Positions 9,196 to 20,388 are shown, counted from the stretch's first letter. The stretch: 64,000 nucleotides of DNA from an uncultured Nitrososphaeraceae archaeon (GCA_963825865.1 CAWGVG010000026.1:64001-128000), one strand, 5' to 3'. Notes: generated from the letters alone by a model not told the origin. Made by a program: numbers and translations.

Positions 9196-9540
9196 TAATG
9201 AACTGTCAATCCATCCTTTATCAGGTCCTCGAAGATCCAGATAGGTGAGCGCCATGACTACTATAAAGAGCAAATACAGAAATACCAAAAGTCAGAGGTG
9301 TTTACTGATTGGGAGCAGTATATGACAGCAATTCCAGTACCTTTCGCTAGACAGCATAAAGATATGATTGCACACTGCAAGATGCTGCTGTATGATGGAC
9401 GACTTGTTGCAATACATCCAAAAAGGTCTGACAGGCTGATAACTTCCTTAAGAACAGCTGTGGATAACGAACGAACTCTAGACAAGGAAGCAACATCACA
9501 TAACGATTCATGCTTTTCGCCTAGCTATGAAGTTTTATAG
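9196..9540 (+). pseudogene. C-terminal remnant of a terminase large subunit-like protein
   Basis: TVNPSFIRSSKIQIGERHDYY...IPVPFARQHKDMIAHCKMLL...VAIHPK..DRLITSLRTAV...LDKEATSHND resembles, from recall, the nuclease end of Nitrososphaera TerL-like proteins. Confidence 0.55.
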
Positions 9541-9716
9541 ATTTGAACAGTAGCAGAAGGAGGAAGCTTGGACACCCAGTAGACAGTAGAATATTGTTTT
9601 TGACACATGTGACACATATCATACAAAAATGGCAATTTACACGCCTCGCATGTCGCCCACCCCGAAAACCCCAGGCAAACAGGTTTCGAGCAAGTACTGT
9701 TATTGCAATATATCAT
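9525..9716 (-). CDS. Small Cys-rich putative zinc-finger protein
   Basis: CxxxxC, CEAC and CHMC motifs in 63 aa. Confidence 0.4.
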   Translation of the reverse strand: MIYCNNSTCSKPVCLGFSGWATCEACKLPFLYDMCHMCQKQYSTVYWVSKLPPSATVQIYKTS

Positions 9717-9721
9717 ACTAA

Positions 9722-9934
9722 CAAAGTGATTATACAGATGACAATGAATTACTTTTTAAAGCCTATTTTTCCTAAATTTAGTGAAATTCATCATTAAAGT
9801 AAGGATGTGTCGGAAGCGATAATGGTAGCAGAGCGTTTTAAGGGGTAGCAGGAAGGGGACTTGAAAATGCAATATCTAGATTGGATATATATCTATATCC
9901 ACCTGCACTTATCTATATAGAGCGTTTTCATGAT
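9722..9934. repeat. Dispersed non-coding repeat, copy 2 (diverged)
   Basis: Shared blocks CTTTTTAAAGCCTATTT, GTAAGGATGTGT, TAGCAGAG, GACTTGAAAA, TGCAATATCTA, TTTCATGAT. Confidence 0.8.
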
Positions 9935-10024
9935 GCATTGGTAATATATCCACGATTGAAACGATCGGGTACATACTAAAAAGATGTGTTTGGTAGGTGT
10001 TCAGATAGGATTGAAAGAGATTTT

Positions 10025-10046
10025 TGATGCGCTATATAGCGCATCA
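10025..10046. repeat. Perfect 22-bp palindrome
   Basis: TGATGCGCTATATAGCGCATCA. Confidence 0.85.
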
Positions 10047-10051
10047 GCTTA

Positions 10052-10237
10052 TTATAGAAACTGACCTAGATATGGACGAAACACTATGAAACGAATGACT
10101 TGATTAGCTGTTGTACTTACAAACATAGAGTCACCTGGATATATTGGTATATCTTGACTTAACAGATGAGTCAGATCAAAGAACGTTCTTGAAATTGTAA
10201 TCGCATTACTTTTTCTATTCTTCTCTGTGTCATTCAT
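10052..10237 (-). pseudogene. N-terminal fragment of a cyclase/kynurenine formamidase-family protein
   Basis: FFDLTHLLSQDIPIYPGD matches the family N-terminus; similarity ends after it. Confidence 0.55.
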
Positions 10238-10383
10238 ATTGCTACTCTTTTCATACTTTATTGTGACATCTAGTTGTTTTCATTATACAGACTAAAGCAT
10301 GAAAATCATTATGACTCATAAAGTTCAGGCAAGTAATATAAATTATTGATATCATGACAAGCATAGCTTTTGTAAAGCCATTC

Positions 10384-10578
10384 TCATTTTTCCGATTCTT
10401 CATCTGATGGGATATCTCCTTTCTGAATATGCTCTACTAGTATATGCCTCTGCATATCACCAAAGCTATCAAATTTCATTCCACATGATCTGCATGTGTA
10501 ATACAGAGAAAGATCCTCAGTAGAACTCTCTGGTAAAGCTTTCAATTGATTTCTATCATCTCTTTTCTGCCTGTACAA
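10384..10578 (-). CDS. C2H2 zinc-finger small protein
   Basis: YTCRSCGMKFDSFGDMQRHILVEH. Confidence 0.8.
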   Translation of the reverse strand: MYRQKRDDRNQLKALPESSTEDLSLYYTCRSCGMKFDSFGDMQRHILVEHIQKGDIPSDEESEK

Positions 10579-10664
10579 TATAGTATGCTATAATAATATA
10601 GTTGATAAGAATTTGTAATATTAAATAAATCTTATAAAAATGATAGTGTAACAAAAAGTAAGAT

Positions 10665-11768
10665 ATGCCAGACAGTAGCTATGCAGATAGTGGTTGGATA
10701 TCCTTTGTAGATACAGCAAACAGATTCTTGCAAAAAACACAAGAGCATGTGCTTCAGGGAATAAACCCAGGGGGGATTTATCAAGCCATATGGTGCAGGG
10801 ATGCTGCATACATTCTCAGAGACTGGTTTTTATCTGGTAATATTCATGGAACAATGCAGCAGATTTATCAAATATGGTCGCACCAGATAGCGCCAACTAA
10901 CCCTGAAAAGCTGGTTTACGGTAGAGGGTCACCTGAAATGAACTTTTCAACAGAGGTTGCAAAAGAAGATAACGAAAAGGAGTTTGAGGGGGCCTTACCC
11001 ACAACAATATATCCAGCTGGTTTTTCTGAAGTATATGGACAGAATCCAGATATTGACTCTACAGCTTTAATGATTTCCACATCTTCTTGACTTTTAGTTA
11101 GGTCTTTAAATGATAGGCAACCTATATCTGAAACTCCTACATCAGCACAAACCACTATAGCATCTGAACATTCTTCAGATTATATTTTGGCTCTATTATC
11201 AAAAGTTGGGATAACCAATCCTCAAAAAGTAGCTGAATTTACAGTCCCTCGTATGCTAAAGGCTGTTGAATATCTATCTAACAGAGATACTGATAATGAT
11301 GGCTTGCTAGAGCAGAGTCATAATGAAGACTGGATGGATACTGTACTTAGAGCTGGTAAAATAGTTTTCAGCCAAGCCTGTTGGATTCTTGCATTAAGCA
11401 ACCTATCTTCTCTATTATCTCAGCTTCGAAGAGATGATGAATCTGACAAGATAGTCGGATTAGCAGATAAAGCAATGAAAGCAGTAGATAAAAAGTTATG
11501 GTCAGAAGAAGAAGGCTGTTATTTGGATATACAGGAGACACATCATATTGGAGGTCCTTACAGGACACTTACACAAGATGTTTCTCTATATTTGGTAGCA
11601 ATTACAGAGAATACTACGAACGATAGCCTTAAAGGTACAAGAAAACAAAATGGAGGAGAAGAAGCGGAAGCAAAAATTCTAAATCAAAACCTTAGCAGTA
11701 GAGCAAATCGTACCCTTGATGCAATCAGAACAAGAGCATGGAAAGAGAAAGTGATGATGACATGTTAA
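10665..11768 (+). pseudogene. (alpha/alpha)6-barrel glycoside hydrolase (amylo-alpha-1,6-glucosidase-like), interrupted and C-truncated
   Basis: YQAIWCRDA, DIDSTAL and DTDNDGLLEQSHNEDWMD; the two ORFs are in one frame, split by TGA at 11088-11090. Confidence 0.7.
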
Positions 11769-12192
11769 GAGACATGAGCTGTCTTCAGATTTTGTAGCAA
11801 ACTTTGTAAACAACCTATGCAATATTTCAGGATATCTGTCCCTTTACCGGTATCCCTTGTGAGAACAACAACTTCTTGAATACTGTCTTTCTTTTCTGTC
11901 TCTGTCCTAATAGACACAGTCCCTTCCTTCATGGTCTTAGGTCAGATCATATGCAGACGTACCGAAGGATGTGAAATTTGATTCATATATGATAGTATTT
12001 AGGTATAAGCAATTAAATTTAGTATAACCAATTTTAAATTGGCCATTTACAACGAAATGAAGTTAGAATAAGAAAAGAAATTTGATATGAAATATTACAA
12101 TGGTTTATATTAGAATAACTATCTAGTTATATAGATATATATATGATACTAATAATCAAGGAGCTCCACTAATTTCTTGCAAATGAATAACT

Positions 12193-12783
12193 TTGAAAAC
12201 TGAAACGGTCAAATCTCCTAAAGGCATTCGAATCTTACAAATTGTACTTGGTGGTATTGCCATAGCACTATCGCTTGCAATTATCGCAAATCCCGGAGTG
12301 GGTATTGCAACTCTAACTTTCCTGCTCTCTATTACATTACTGGTTGTAGGGATTGAGAGAGTGGTTACAGGCCTTACACTATCAAAACATTCGAAGTCCT
12401 CTCGATTTGGAAATATTGGTCTAGGTGCCTTAGCTCCTTTATTAGGAATCGCGGTTCTGGCATTTCCTCTATTTACAACAGGTGTGTTAGTTACTTTACT
12501 AGCTCTTGGTCTGCTTTTCACAGGAATTGCAAGAATCATTCATGGTATGTCAGAGAAGAATACTTCAAAATGGTCAAAGGGCTTGCTTGTAGGTGTAGGT
12601 ATTTTGTCATTGGCAGTATCTTTTATGGTCTTTGCATCCCCAGCATTAGGTGTATTTCTTTTGACACTAGTATTAGGTATTAACCTCCTAATAATAGGAA
12701 TACAAAGTGTTGCATATGCTATATCAGGCCATCAAAGAAGAACATATAATCCAACTACTACTACTGTCGAACATGGAACATAA
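12193..12783 (+). CDS. HdeD/DUF308-family membrane protein
   Basis: Six hydrophobic helices with repeated G..AI.L...IIANP / G...LLIIGI pattern. Confidence 0.8.
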   Translation: MKTETVKSPKGIRILQIVLGGIAIALSLAIIANPGVGIATLTFLLSITLLVVGIERVVTGLTLSKHSKSSRFGNIGLGALAPLLGIAVLAFPLFTTGVLVTLLALGLLFTGIARIIHGMSEKNTSKWSKGLLVGVGILSLAVSFMVFASPALGVFLLTLVLGINLLIIGIQSVAYAISGHQRRTYNPTTTTVEHGT

Positions 12784-13646
12784 AAAAGGTAGAAGAATAA
12801 CAGAGATCTAATCCTCATTTTTTGTAGGTAAATCACGACTTGATGATGATATTACCAATGTTACTTAAAATATTAGTCAATTTTCTTGGCTTAAATGGCG
12901 GTTACAAATCATAAGAACTAAGATATAGATCTTCTATTCCTTTAGCCTTTATAACATAATTTAATATAAAACATAAAGATAAAACAGGATCTTAAAGGTG
13001 CAAGCAAGGGATATTATCCGATCAGTCTAGAATAATTGAAGTTTAAGAGTTTCTATCTTACGTAATTGGCAGGAATGAAAAACAACGGTAGCCTCAGCAA
13101 ATTCTCGCACCATCTTGTGCTTCAAACATCGTCTATATTACACTAGCTGCCTCTGAGGACACACTCCGAGTTCCATTCTTTGTAGTCTATTATCAGTAAG
13201 GGTGAAAGCAGGCTTTAAACATGATTTATGATATCAGCAAGTCGCTATACTACTTTGGTAAGGATACTACGACTGGTAAGATCTATTAGTATACTTTATT
13301 AATTCATCAGTATTATAAATTTGAAATCTTTGCTAATAATCCTGTGCTTTCGTGCAGGATCAGCTTGAATTGCCTTTGCAAAGATATCCTCGGACATATC
13401 AGGATCCTTCGAAACGATATCTTTAGGTAACTTATTTGCGAAGTTAATTCACTGCACTCGTTCGTTTAGCTGTTTTGTTGCCCTTTTTTCATACTTTAAA
13501 TAATTCTTACAATTGGTTTATGATATTTGGTGAAGGTAATATGTGAGGATACTGCATTACGTTTTTGATCATAGAAGATCGCATTAGTATTGATCAAAAA
13601 ACTACCATCTTGATTTTACGATATATATATATTTGAGATATTTACT

Positions 13647-13826
13647 ATGGACAAGAAAATGTCTGAAGTTAATAGTAGACATGAAGAAGAAGGAGAAGAT
13701 CAATTAGAAGAAGTAAGAGAAGATAATATAGAAGCAGCAAAAAAACAACAACAACAAAAACCAAAATCTAAAGAAGATGTCATTGAGTCGACAAACTCTT
13801 CTGATCAGAAATGGCCAACAACATAG
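13647..13826 (+). CDS. Small acidic/hydrophilic protein (59 aa)
   Basis: MDKKMSEVNSRHEEEGEDQLEEVREDNIEAAKKQQQQKPKSKEDVIESTNSSDQKWPTT; ATATATATAT box about 26 nt upstream; below the ORF-track cut-off. Confidence 0.6.
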   Translation: MDKKMSEVNSRHEEEGEDQLEEVREDNIEAAKKQQQQKPKSKEDVIESTNSSDQKWPTT

Positions 13827-14013
13827 TAACTTAAAAGTCTAGCTCAGATTTGTATCGATAAAATGAAACATACAGACATTTTGATGATATGTAAAGGATG
13901 AATCAGCAAAGGACGAATCTATTCTGAAGACAGATTATTATAGGCCAACAACAGCAAGAACAAGAAAAGTTTTACCTCTACTATGGCTATAGCGGTGGGC
14001 AGTAGAATAGTAG

Positions 14014-14227
14014 TTAACGTTCTACACCAAATGCTATTTTGACAGATGTATGATATTCAGTAATATTTCCGCTATTTGGATCTACTTTTGCAGTCATATC
14101 TCCAACTTCTACTCCAGTTATCCCATGTATTGTTTTCTTAGCTTCATCTAATGCAGCTCTGTGCTGCATCTTGCCAACCTTTATCAGAACTGCCGACTAC
14201 CTCTATTATTTTTGCAATACGCGTCAT
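14014..14227 (-). CDS. Dodecin-family flavin-binding protein (frameshifted)
   Basis: MTRIAKIIEVVGSSDKGWQDAAQ, shift, LDEAKKTIHGITGVEVGDMTAKVDPNSGNITEYHTSVKIAFGVER. Confidence 0.85.
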
Positions 14228-14949
14228 AAAATATTGAAAAAATGAAGCTTCTAATAAACTGTAAGGATATTCATTGTAATGCATAAAGATATCCTTCACG
14301 AAGATATCAATAAAGCTTAACATGAATGATGACAAATATATAATTTCAAGTTTTAAGGTTGTTAATAACAGTCCATTGTAAAAACTAATTGCAGCATAAT
14401 ACATATAACTAATAAAGATTACTCGATGCTATTCAGAATGATGAAAAGTCATAATAGTAGCAGATGGTGAATCAGATTTTTAATTTAATGTATGTATGCA
14501 AGTTAGTCTGTTAATATGTTAATGTATGGGAAGAGTAGTGTGTGCGAAGGTGGAATTAAGATGTGCTTAAGTTCGTACTTGTAGGTCCTAGTCGTTTTGG
14601 ATTAGTAGATCCCCTTTATGCCGCTGCTATCTCTTTAGATCAAATAACTTGCAACTTGCGATTTGTAATTCGATTTTGAAAGCGTAATCGAAATTGAAGT
14701 GATGAACGGTTGAGGAGATAGGAGAAACTACTCATAAAGTTTAGAAACAAATGGAAAAAGAAGAACGAAATTTTCAAGAATCTTCAGTAGAAAATTTGTT
14801 ATTCGTGGTTCAAAATATGGCTATTCACATGCTTAGGGGTTTCGGATAGAAAAAGATATCAAAAATTTTCAAGGGGAATATATCTATTGAAGAAAACGAT
14901 AGCAACCATAATGTGTAGTAATGCAGGGAAAGCATTACTACAGAAACAT

Positions 14950-14983
14950 TTCTTTTTTTACTACTACCACAACCTTTTTTCTT
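14950..14983 (+). repeat. Exact copy of the 34-bp terminator motif at 8368
   Basis: Identical 34 nt. Confidence 0.8.
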
Positions 14984-15164
14984 TTTTTGCCAGTTCAGCA
15001 AAATTGAAATTTTTCTGCAATTACTAGGATCATATTGTCATAATTAATTTACTATATTTAGTGTTGTGTTACGGATTATTAGTAACATATATGAATCATT
15101 CTAATTTTCCTTCAGTAAGTGTGATAATGATGGAAAAACAATAAAAATAACATGGCGAGGAGAG

Positions 15165-15547
15165 ATTTGAGGAAAAGAACTGACAGGTAAACGATCGAAC
15201 ACCATGATTAGTGATGGGCAAGAAACTTTAATGATTCATTTAACAAGGAATTTTATACAAATACAACGCCGAGTACTAGACATATCTCTCATATTCGATT
15301 ACAAGGCGACCATAACAACAATAAGATGAGATTCAATGGCGAGGTCAGGTATAGAGAAAAAGTAATGCGCGGCCTAAAGAGGAAATATACATCAATACTA
15401 ACAGGTTACCAAATTTATCATAACTATATACGACCACATGAAGGATTAAACGGCAAGACACCAGCAGATGCTAGCGGGATTAAAATTGAAGGTTAGAATA
15501 AGTGGATTACAATAATTCAGAACGCCGAAAGGAACGTAAAAACATGA
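15165..15547 (+). mobile_element. IS6-like DDE transposase, C-terminal remnant
   Basis: MISDG, RHISHIRLQGDHNNNKMRFNGEVRYREKVMRGLK, YQIYHNYIRPHEGLNGKTPA and KWITIIQNA; stops and frameshifts. Confidence 0.75.
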
Positions 15548-15692
15548 TGAGATATTGTTCAAAATGTCAAGGTGGAGTCATGGAAGATGAGACTCAGACA
15601 ATTCCTAAACAAATTCCACTACCAATTCTCTACACGGTCTATATCTGCACTACGTGTGTGGTAATCTAGAGCTATTCCTGAGTTAACCAAAA

Positions 15693-15950
15693 CTAACTAA
15701 TTTGTTCCATTGATAATTCATGCCAATTGTTTGTAACGTGAATTTTGAATATACCCTCAACATATTCTCCATTTTCATTTCTCACTAATAATTTAAAATG
15801 TGCATCACCAATGCTAAAACCATCCTCAGCAAAGGAAATATTAGGTGGAGCAATATTGTTAAAAGAATTTAAAGTACATATTTTTGCATATATTTTATCA
15901 CGCCTAACATTCTTAATTATGCTCTCGGTACCTCTTACAATGTAGGCCAT
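15693..15950 (-). CDS. Hypothetical protein or fragment
   Basis: 85-aa ORF with protein-like composition; no family recognised. Confidence 0.35.
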   Translation of the reverse strand: MAYIVRGTESIIKNVRRDKIYAKICTLNSFNNIAPPNISFAEDGFSIGDAHFKLLVRNENGEYVEGIFKIHVTNNWHELSMEQIS

Positions 15951-16057
15951 GCCACCTACCTGACAGCATGTAGTGAGATAATTATATTGGAAGTGTAAGC
16001 TTATTGTTTACGGAGAATCAATCTCAACCTCATAAACCCATACATATATACAGTTAC

Positions 16058-16783
16058 TCATCGAGTAGCTGAAGATCCACCCTGTGTAAATACGTATATA
16101 CAGTTGCTTGCCTTAGTATCTCCCTCAGATGGATTAAAGTCTAGTACCAGAGCAGATTGTGATGTGCCACCAGTTCTTGTATTTGCACCACAGTTAAAAT
16201 AATCTTTACCAGATCCTCCTATTAAAGTATCAGAAGAAGCTCCTGCATATAGCTGATCGTTTCCAGGCCCACCAACAAGAGTATTTGTTCCAGTTCCGCC
16301 AAAGAGGAGATCATCTCCTTCTCCACCAATAACTAGAGCATTTCCAGCTCCGCCATTAATTTCATCATTTCCATCTCCACCATATAACTTAGTAGCGCCT
16401 GATCCTCCTGTTATAACATCGTCACCCTTTAGACCATATATAATAGAGTCAGTTACCGACACGCCAATAATGATGTCATCTTTGTCTGTGCCGATTATTA
16501 GCGGGCAACTGCTGGCACACGAAGGTCCTGTTATCAGATTTTTTGGAATATCGCTGCCTTTTATTGCATTAGAAGGAAGAGGGAAATTTTGATTAGGTGG
16601 TGTTATCAAATGATTTGGAATAGATAGCCTGTTACCAAGCCCTAAACGGTGGTCTTTGCTTCCTCCTGCATTCGCTAACGGTAGCAGTGCTAAATTAGAA
16701 GAGAGCATTAATATCAATATTAGCATACTAATTATGCCAATTGATCCGGACAATGTAAAGCTATTTTTCCTTAAAGAAGACAA
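16058..16783 (-). CDS. Secreted RTX/hemolysin-type calcium-binding repeat protein
   Basis: Signal peptide and multiple GGxGxDxLx nonapeptides (GGDGNDEIN, GGEGDDLLF, GGPGNDQLY, GGSGKDYFN). Confidence 0.88.
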   Translation of the reverse strand: MSSLRKNSFTLSGSIGIISMLILILMLSSNLALLPLANAGGSKDHRLGLGNRLSIPNHLITPPNQNFPLPSNAIKGSDIPKNLITGPSCASSCPLIIGTDKDDIIIGVSVTDSIIYGLKGDDVITGGSGATKLYGGDGNDEINGGAGNALVIGGEGDDLLFGGTGTNTLVGGPGNDQLYAGASSDTLIGGSGKDYFNCGANTRTGGTSQSALVLDFNPSEGDTKASNCIYVFTQGGSSATR

Positions 16784-17269
16784 TGTTTATAAATATCTAT
16801 ATCTTCTTTGGGCATTTAAGGCTTCATAGAAAAATTTCTGTTTCTTGTTATACTATAATCGATGATAGATAAATCAACTACGCCGTGTTTACAAAAATAA
16901 TAGTATGAGCGACCAACAATAATAATAATAATAATAATAATGGTAACTATAATATGTTCCTAATATTTTTGACAGGCTTCTCTACAAGCTATTTTTTCCA
17001 ACCAAACGTCGGATTGGACCCGAGTAATAACGAATTGAACGAATCGACAACCTTTATGATTTAGTGTAAAAACGTAAATTTGGAGACTATAAAAAGAAAC
17101 AAACTATAATATCACCTATAGCTAAGAACGATCGATACAAACAAGGCAACAGATGACAATGATAGTGACTGAATAGAAAACTATCAGAGAGAATGTTGAT
17201 TGCAGACTGATTTTAGGTGTTGACTTATAACATAATAAGATTTAATGTAATTTGAAATTATTATTATTG

Positions 17270-17415
17270 GAAATAAGTTCTCGGTTCAAATGCGGCTATT
17301 AACACATGGCATCGGAAGTGCAAGCTAAACCGATATCAAAGTAAATCCAGATGGTGTGCGCATACGCATTCATTCATATTAGGATTCAAGCCAACGAATT
17401 CTAGAATATTACAAT
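17270..17415 (+). promoter_or_regulatory. Structured 5' leader of the TRAM gene
   Basis: Nested helices AGTTC/GAATT, TCGGTT/AACCGA, AATCC/GGATT and GTGCG-cata-CGCAT. Confidence 0.45.
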
Positions 17416-17685
17416 ATGAGTTACGGAAGAACAGACAGCGGCGGTAGTTACGGGGGCGGCGGCGGTTATGGCGGAAGAGGAAGAGGATTTAACAGCTCTG
17501 GTCCTAAACCTGTTGAAGTTGGAAAAGAATATGACGTGCAAGTTACAGAAACAAGTAACAGGGGCGATGGTATTGCCCGAATACAAGGATTTGTTATTTT
17601 TGTTAGAAATGGAAAAGCAGGAGATAATGTAAAGATCAAGGTTAATTCTGTAGGTAGTAGGTTTGCTATAGCTGAGATTGTCTAA
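17416..17685 (+). CDS. Single TRAM-domain RNA-binding (cold-shock-like) protein
   Basis: G/R-rich N-tail, then PKPVEVGKEYDVQV...RGDGIARIQGFVIFV...GDNVKIKV...RFAIAE. Confidence 0.92.
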   Translation: MSYGRTDSGGSYGGGGGYGGRGRGFNSSGPKPVEVGKEYDVQVTETSNRGDGIARIQGFVIFVRNGKAGDNVKIKVNSVGSRFAIAEIV

Positions 17686-18128
17686 ACAGAGAAGAATAAA
17701 AGAGACAACCTTTTCAAAGGATATTTTTATTTCTTTTATTAGTGCTAACAGGATTTAGAGCACTGGATGATGATTAGGATTTTAAAACAACTGTCACACA
17801 TGCCGATACTTCACATGCTTGCTTGCTTCACGAGGACAAAAAAAGAAAGAAAGGTTACGTTACACTAGATTATAGTCGAGGCGGCGGCTGCTGGCCTTGA
17901 TAATTGGTTGCCCTTGTATTTTACCGTCAGTAAATTTCTGCTTACTTACTTGCTTGCTTGCGTATTCACAACATACATTTTCTTCCTAGCAACAACGAGT
18001 AGTTTGCATTCTCATATGTTGCTGAAAATAGTAATATATATTTATATAATATGTGCTCAAAATTGTGCTCTTTAGAGAACAGTAATAGCCAACGTGTATA
18101 AGGAAGAATCAAGAAGGCATATCATAGT

Positions 18129-20388
18129 ATGACTACTAAAGATAACAGTAATAATAATAATAGTAATAATTATCTGTCAATAAAGATACTTGAAGCTTAC
18201 AGTAGGGATGTAGGCCGCGGCGTTGCTCGAATTGATTACGAGTCTATGGATTCTTTGAGTGCATCTACAGGTGACGTTATTGAGATTAAAGGTAACAAGC
18301 GTCGAACAGTTGCCAAGTGTTTGCCACTTTACCCTTCAGATGAAGGAAAAGGCATAATCAGAGTTGATGGGCTTGTCAGGAATAATGCCGGCGTCGCTAT
18401 AGGGGATACTACCGTGGTAAGAAAAATCAAGGCAGTCCCCGCCGAGAAAGTTACAGTTGCGCCGTTAGAGGCAATACCTTCTGTCGATGAGAGGTATTTA
18501 GCCGATGCTCTTGAGAGCGTTCCCCTTATCAAAGGAGACAATGTCATGGCTCCGTACTTTGGTGGGAGACTTGCATTTCAAGTTATAAATGTGACGCCAC
18601 CTCCGTCGGCTGTTGGTGCTAGTGCTAGTGCTGAGGCTTTCATGGTTACCACGAAGACGGTATTTCATATAACCGATAAAGATCAAGCGTCAGGGCACGG
18701 AGTTCCGCAAATTGCATACGAAGATATCGGCGGATTAAAAGAGGAAATCCAAAAAGTTAGAGAAATGATTGAACTTCCATTAAGACATCCAGAGATATTT
18801 GAAAAGCTGGGTATTGAAGCACCAAAAGGAGTGCTGCTCCATGGTGCTCCGGGCACGGGCAAAACCCTACTTGCAAAGGCAGTAGCCAATGAAAGCGACG
18901 CTCATTTCATTAGCATCTCTGGACCTGAAATAATGAGCAAGTTCTATGGTGAATCAGAAGCACGTTTGAGAGAAATATTCAGAGAAGCAAAGGAGAAGGC
19001 GCCATCCATCATGTTTGTTGACGAAATTGATTCTATCGCTCCAAAGAGGGAAGAAGTAATGGGCGAAGTCGAAAGGAGGGTAGTGTCCCAGTTATTATCT
19101 TTGATGGACGGTTTAGAGGGAAGGGGTAAAGTCATTGTAATTGCTGCCACGAACCGGCCAAACGCACTTGATCCGGCATTGCGACGTCCAGGGAGATTCG
19201 ATAGAGAAATAGAGATCAAGGTGCCTGATAAACGCGGCCGATTGGAGATATTGCAAATCCACACACGCAACATGCCGCTGAGCACTGATGTCGATCAGGA
19301 AAGAATAGCCGCAGTAACCCATGGTTTTGTAGGTGCAGATTTAGAATACTTATGCAAAGAGGCAGCCATGAAATGTTTGAGAAGGCTGCTGCCCGAACTT
19401 AATTTAGAAGATGAGAAGCTTGCCCCAGAGGTATTGGATAAATTGATTATAGTCAGAACTGATTTTGAGGGTGCTATAAGAGATGTTATGCCGTCTGCCA
19501 TGAGAGAAGTCTATTTAGAGCCACCTGATGTTAGTTGGGAAGACATAGGAGGTTTGGACGAAGTTAAGCGTCAATTACAGGAAGCAGTGGAGTGGCCTAT
19601 GCGTTATCCAAATCTGTACAAGGAGCTGGGACATATGATTCCAAAAGGAATCCTGTTGCATGGACCTTCAGGAACTGGTAAGACCATGCTTGCAAAAGCT
19701 GTAGCTACAGGATCTGAAGCCAATTTCATCAGCGTAAAGGGCCCAGAATTAATGTCAAAATGGGTGGGCGAATCTGAGAAAGGCATTAGAGAAATTTTTA
19801 GGAAAGCAAGGCAAGCCTCTCCATGTGTGATATTTTTTGACGAAATTGATTCTATCGCCCCTATGAGAGGAGGAGGGGCAGCAGGGATGGGAGAAGGAGG
19901 AGGATGGGTAAATACCGGTACAGAAAGGATGATTTCCCAGCTTCTGACTGAGCTGGATGGCATACAGGAGACTGCACGGAGTAATTGTGCTGGCTGCAAC
20001 CAATAGGGTTGACATGATAGATACGGCGCTAATAAGGCCTGGAAGATTTGACAAAATCGTGTTTGTGCCCAAGCCTGATATAAGTACAAGGCAAAAGATT
20101 CTAGAAATATGTGCAAAAGGTAAACCTATAGACAAACACATGAACATGAAAGCAATTGCAGAGATTACAGAAGGGTTTAGCGGCGCTGACGTATCTGCAA
20201 TTGTTAATTCCGCAATTTCTTTGGTATTGCACGAATATTTACAGAGGTATCCTACACCAGAAGAGGCAGCAAAACACGCTTCTGAGGCGATTGTTTCGCC
20301 ACACCACTTTGAAGAAGCGGTCAAGAAGATAAAGACACAAAGGGATATGAAGCCATTAGAGAAGGCGAATTTATCACAATACAGGTAA
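18129..20388 (+). CDS. cdc48: CDC48/VCP (VAT) AAA+ ATPase, one frameshift near 19970
   Basis: N-domain [10 protein letters not shown], two Walker A ([16 protein letters not shown]), Walker B FVDEID/FFDEID, and RRPGRFD/IRPGRFD across two overlapping ORFs. Confidence 0.95.

Noticed and set aside
11770-11960. Possible anticodon-binding-domain fragment on the minus strand (KTMKEGTVSIR)
   Set aside because: Too short and too degraded to support
16915-16942. (AAT)n run; similar runs near 18145, 37980 and 56050
   Set aside because: Simple trinucleotide microsatellites and Asn tracts, common in this AT-rich sequence
17875-17903. GC-rich hairpin upstream of cdc48
   Set aside because: A single short hairpin with no promoter or conservation evidence
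19950-20010. Programmed frameshifting in cdc48 and other split genes
   Set aside because: No consistent slippery sites, and the indels are too widespread
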